Origin: a virus
Taxonomy: Duplodnaviria; Caudoviricetes
Strand: one strand, 5' to 3'
DNA length: 34,145 bases
Virus record (IMG/VR): IMGVR_UViG_3300010362_000061
Location: 1-34,145 of that record
In this document: positions 32,536 to 34,145 of the stretch, piece by piece
Numbering within the stretch: the stretch's first letter is position 1
How the letters are laid out: each line of letters begins with the position of its first letter
Translations under genes and position numbers: made by a program
Notes under the pieces: generated by a model
Database searches by the model: none
Told to the model about the DNA's origin: nothing
Seen by the model: only the letters and a program-made list of their open reading frames with translations

Positions 32536-34145
32536 TCACCGCAGCTTCCCGTAGGGGTCCTCCGCGTGGCCGAGGTTGGCCCGGCGCACGGCCGCCGCGA
32601 ACCTGGCCCACATCGCCCGCTCGGAGCGGTCGCTCCGGTGGGGCAGGAACCGCCCGCCCTGGCCGGCGGCCTTGAGCAGTTCGGGCACGGTCGTCTTGGG
32701 CAGGGCGGCCCGCACGACGTCCTGGTAGGCCCCCTGCGACACGCGGTAGGGCTGGCCGCCCTCCTGGTGGGCGTAGCCGGGGTGGTCGATGGCCTGGGCC
32801 GGGGCGCCGAGGCCCATCAGGACGTAGCGCAGTTCGTCGGCGCAGTGGTCCTCGGCGGCGCTGTCGGCGTCCTCGGGGTCCCGCCGGTCGCGGGGCAGGG
32901 CGGGGACGGTGCGGATGGCGTGGGTGCAGGTGTCCATGTAGACGACGGCGGGGTAGCCGTCCGCCTGGGGGGCGAGGTAGTCCCGGACGCGCTGCCAGCC
33001 GGAGAGCCGGTCGTGGTCGGCCGGTCGAGGCACCACCCCCACCTCGGACAGGACGAACTGATACACGTCGGCCACCGACAGTCCATTGGGGTTCTTGCTC
33101 CAGATGGCCGGGTCGCAGAACATGGCGTACGTCGGCCGGCGCCCGCCGCCCCGGCGCTCGGAGCGTCGCACGTCCTCGGCCACGGCCTCCTTGATGAGCC
33201 GGGCCTGCTCCTCGTCCCTGATCCCGGCCCCGTACAACTCCTTGTAGACGAACCAGCGCGTCTCGCGCTCGGTCTTCCAGAGGTCCTCGTCGCGGGCGTA
33301 GAAGTGGCAACTCCAGGGGGCGCCGTAGCCGAAGTCGACCCCGATGGCCCGCTCGCGCCAGCCGACGGGGACGTCGAAGGCGGGCACGGTGTGGAGGGCC
33401 TCGCGCCACTCGGTGAAGAAGAAGTTGCCCCCGATGTTCCAGTCGCCCTCCATGAGGGCCTTGCGGACGCTCTCGTCCCGGATGCCCAGCAACTGCTTCT
33501 TGTAACTCTCCGGCAGCGAGGGGTTGTCCTTCAAGGCGGCCTTATGGAAGACCCGGCGGAGGCCCCCCGCGTCCTCGGGGGCGGTCCAGACCCTGCCGGG
33601 CGGGCGGGCGTCCACGAACTGGTCCTTGAAGTAGAGGTGGCCGGCGCCGCCCGGGTTGGTGGTGTAGAGGATCACGGGACGCCAGCCGGGCCGGGTGCTC
33701 CGCACGCGCGCCCGGAGGAACTCGACCCAATCGCCGGGGAAGGAGGTGGCCTCGTCGATGATGAGGCCCTCCCACTCGGCGGACAGGTAGTGGCGGAGGT
33801 CCTTCTCGTCGTCGGCGTAGCGGAACAAGCACAGCGAGCCGTTCGGGGCTCTGAGTTCGCGCTTGCCCTCGTGGTAGGTGAAGGCGGTGCCGGCCGTCTC
33901 GCGGAGGATGGGCCGGATGTGGCTGTCCTCCAACTCGGGGTAGGTCCGCCGGAAGAGGGCCACCTCGGCGCCCGGCCACACCGTCATCAGCGTCACCGCC
34001 AGCGCCCGGGCCAGGAGGGACTTCCCGCCCCCGGCCTGGCCGCCGTAGAGCATCTCCTCGACGGGGTCGCGCACGCGCACGCGCGAGTCACCCGGCACGC
34101 CGAAGCCGAGGAGGTGCATGGCCTCCTCCTGGCGGGGCCAGAGGG
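32536..34145 (-). CDS. terL: Terminase large subunit, 5' end outside window
   Basis: Walker A LYGGQAGGGKS, Walker B LIIDEATSF, coupling motif TTNPGG, nuclease GVDFGY and EDHCADELRY; the frame continues past 34119 as LWPRQEEAM (Q-motif), so the true start is beyond the window. Confidence 0.95.
   Translation of the reverse strand, partial: LWPRQEEAMHLLGFGVPGDSRVRVRDPVEEMLYGGQAGGGKSLLARALAVTLMTVWPGAEVALFRRTYPELEDSHIRPILRETAGTAFTYHEGKRELRAPNGSLCLFRYADDEKDLRHYLSAEWEGLIIDEATSFPGDWVEFLRARVRSTRPGWRPVILYTTNPGGAGHLYFKDQFVDARPPGRVWTAPEDAGGLRRVFHKAALKDNPSLPESYKKQLLGIRDESVRKALMEGDWNIGGNFFFTEWREALHTVPAFDVPVGWRERAIGVDFGYGAPWSCHFYARDEDLWKTERETRWFVYKELYGAGIRDEEQARLIKEAVAEDVRRSERRGGGRRPTYAMFCDPAIWSKNPNGLSVADVYQFVLSEVGVVPRPADHDRLSGWQRVRDYLAPQADGYPAVVYMDTCTHAIRTVPALPRDRRDPEDADSAAEDHCADELRYVLMGLGAPAQAIDHPGYAHQEGGQPYRVSQGAYQDVVRAALPKTTVPELLKAAGQGGRFLPHRSDRSERAMWARFAAAVRRANLGHAEDPYGKLR

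Overview
High-GC (roughly 70% or more by eye) tailed-phage or prophage morphogenesis region, transcribed almost entirely on the minus strand. In transcription order (right to left): large terminase (5'-truncated by the window), small ORF, portal, Pro-rich protein, a 2251-aa internal virion/ejection-like protein, a lysozyme-like + M23 protein, a Gln/Gly-rich protein, two tiny Lys-rich proteins, scaffold, major capsid, three hypotheticals, a cluster of five fibre/receptor-binding proteins, a small ORF, putative adaptor and nozzle-like tail proteins, a further tail protein and a polyglycine-rich protein that runs off the window. No tape measure, sheath or tube is recognisable, so a podovirus-like virion is inferred. 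The host cannot be assigned. Four plus-strand genes interrupt the operon at gene junctions: three HNH endonucleases and one small membrane protein. Main unexplained signals: (1) a 16-bp palindrome GTCYAGCNNGCTRGAC dispersed 7-10 times over the window in coding and non-coding positions; (2) a conserved promoter + two-hairpin leader with a compensatory base-pair change upstream of two divergent HNH genes 27 kb apart; (3) AT-rich recoded host-gene ends next to the HNH inserts; (4) a probable ATC start codon; (5) plug-and-socket modularity in the fibre cluster; (6) an M48-like zincin motif and scaffold-like motifs in the giant protein. All calls come from reading motifs by eye; no database search was run.
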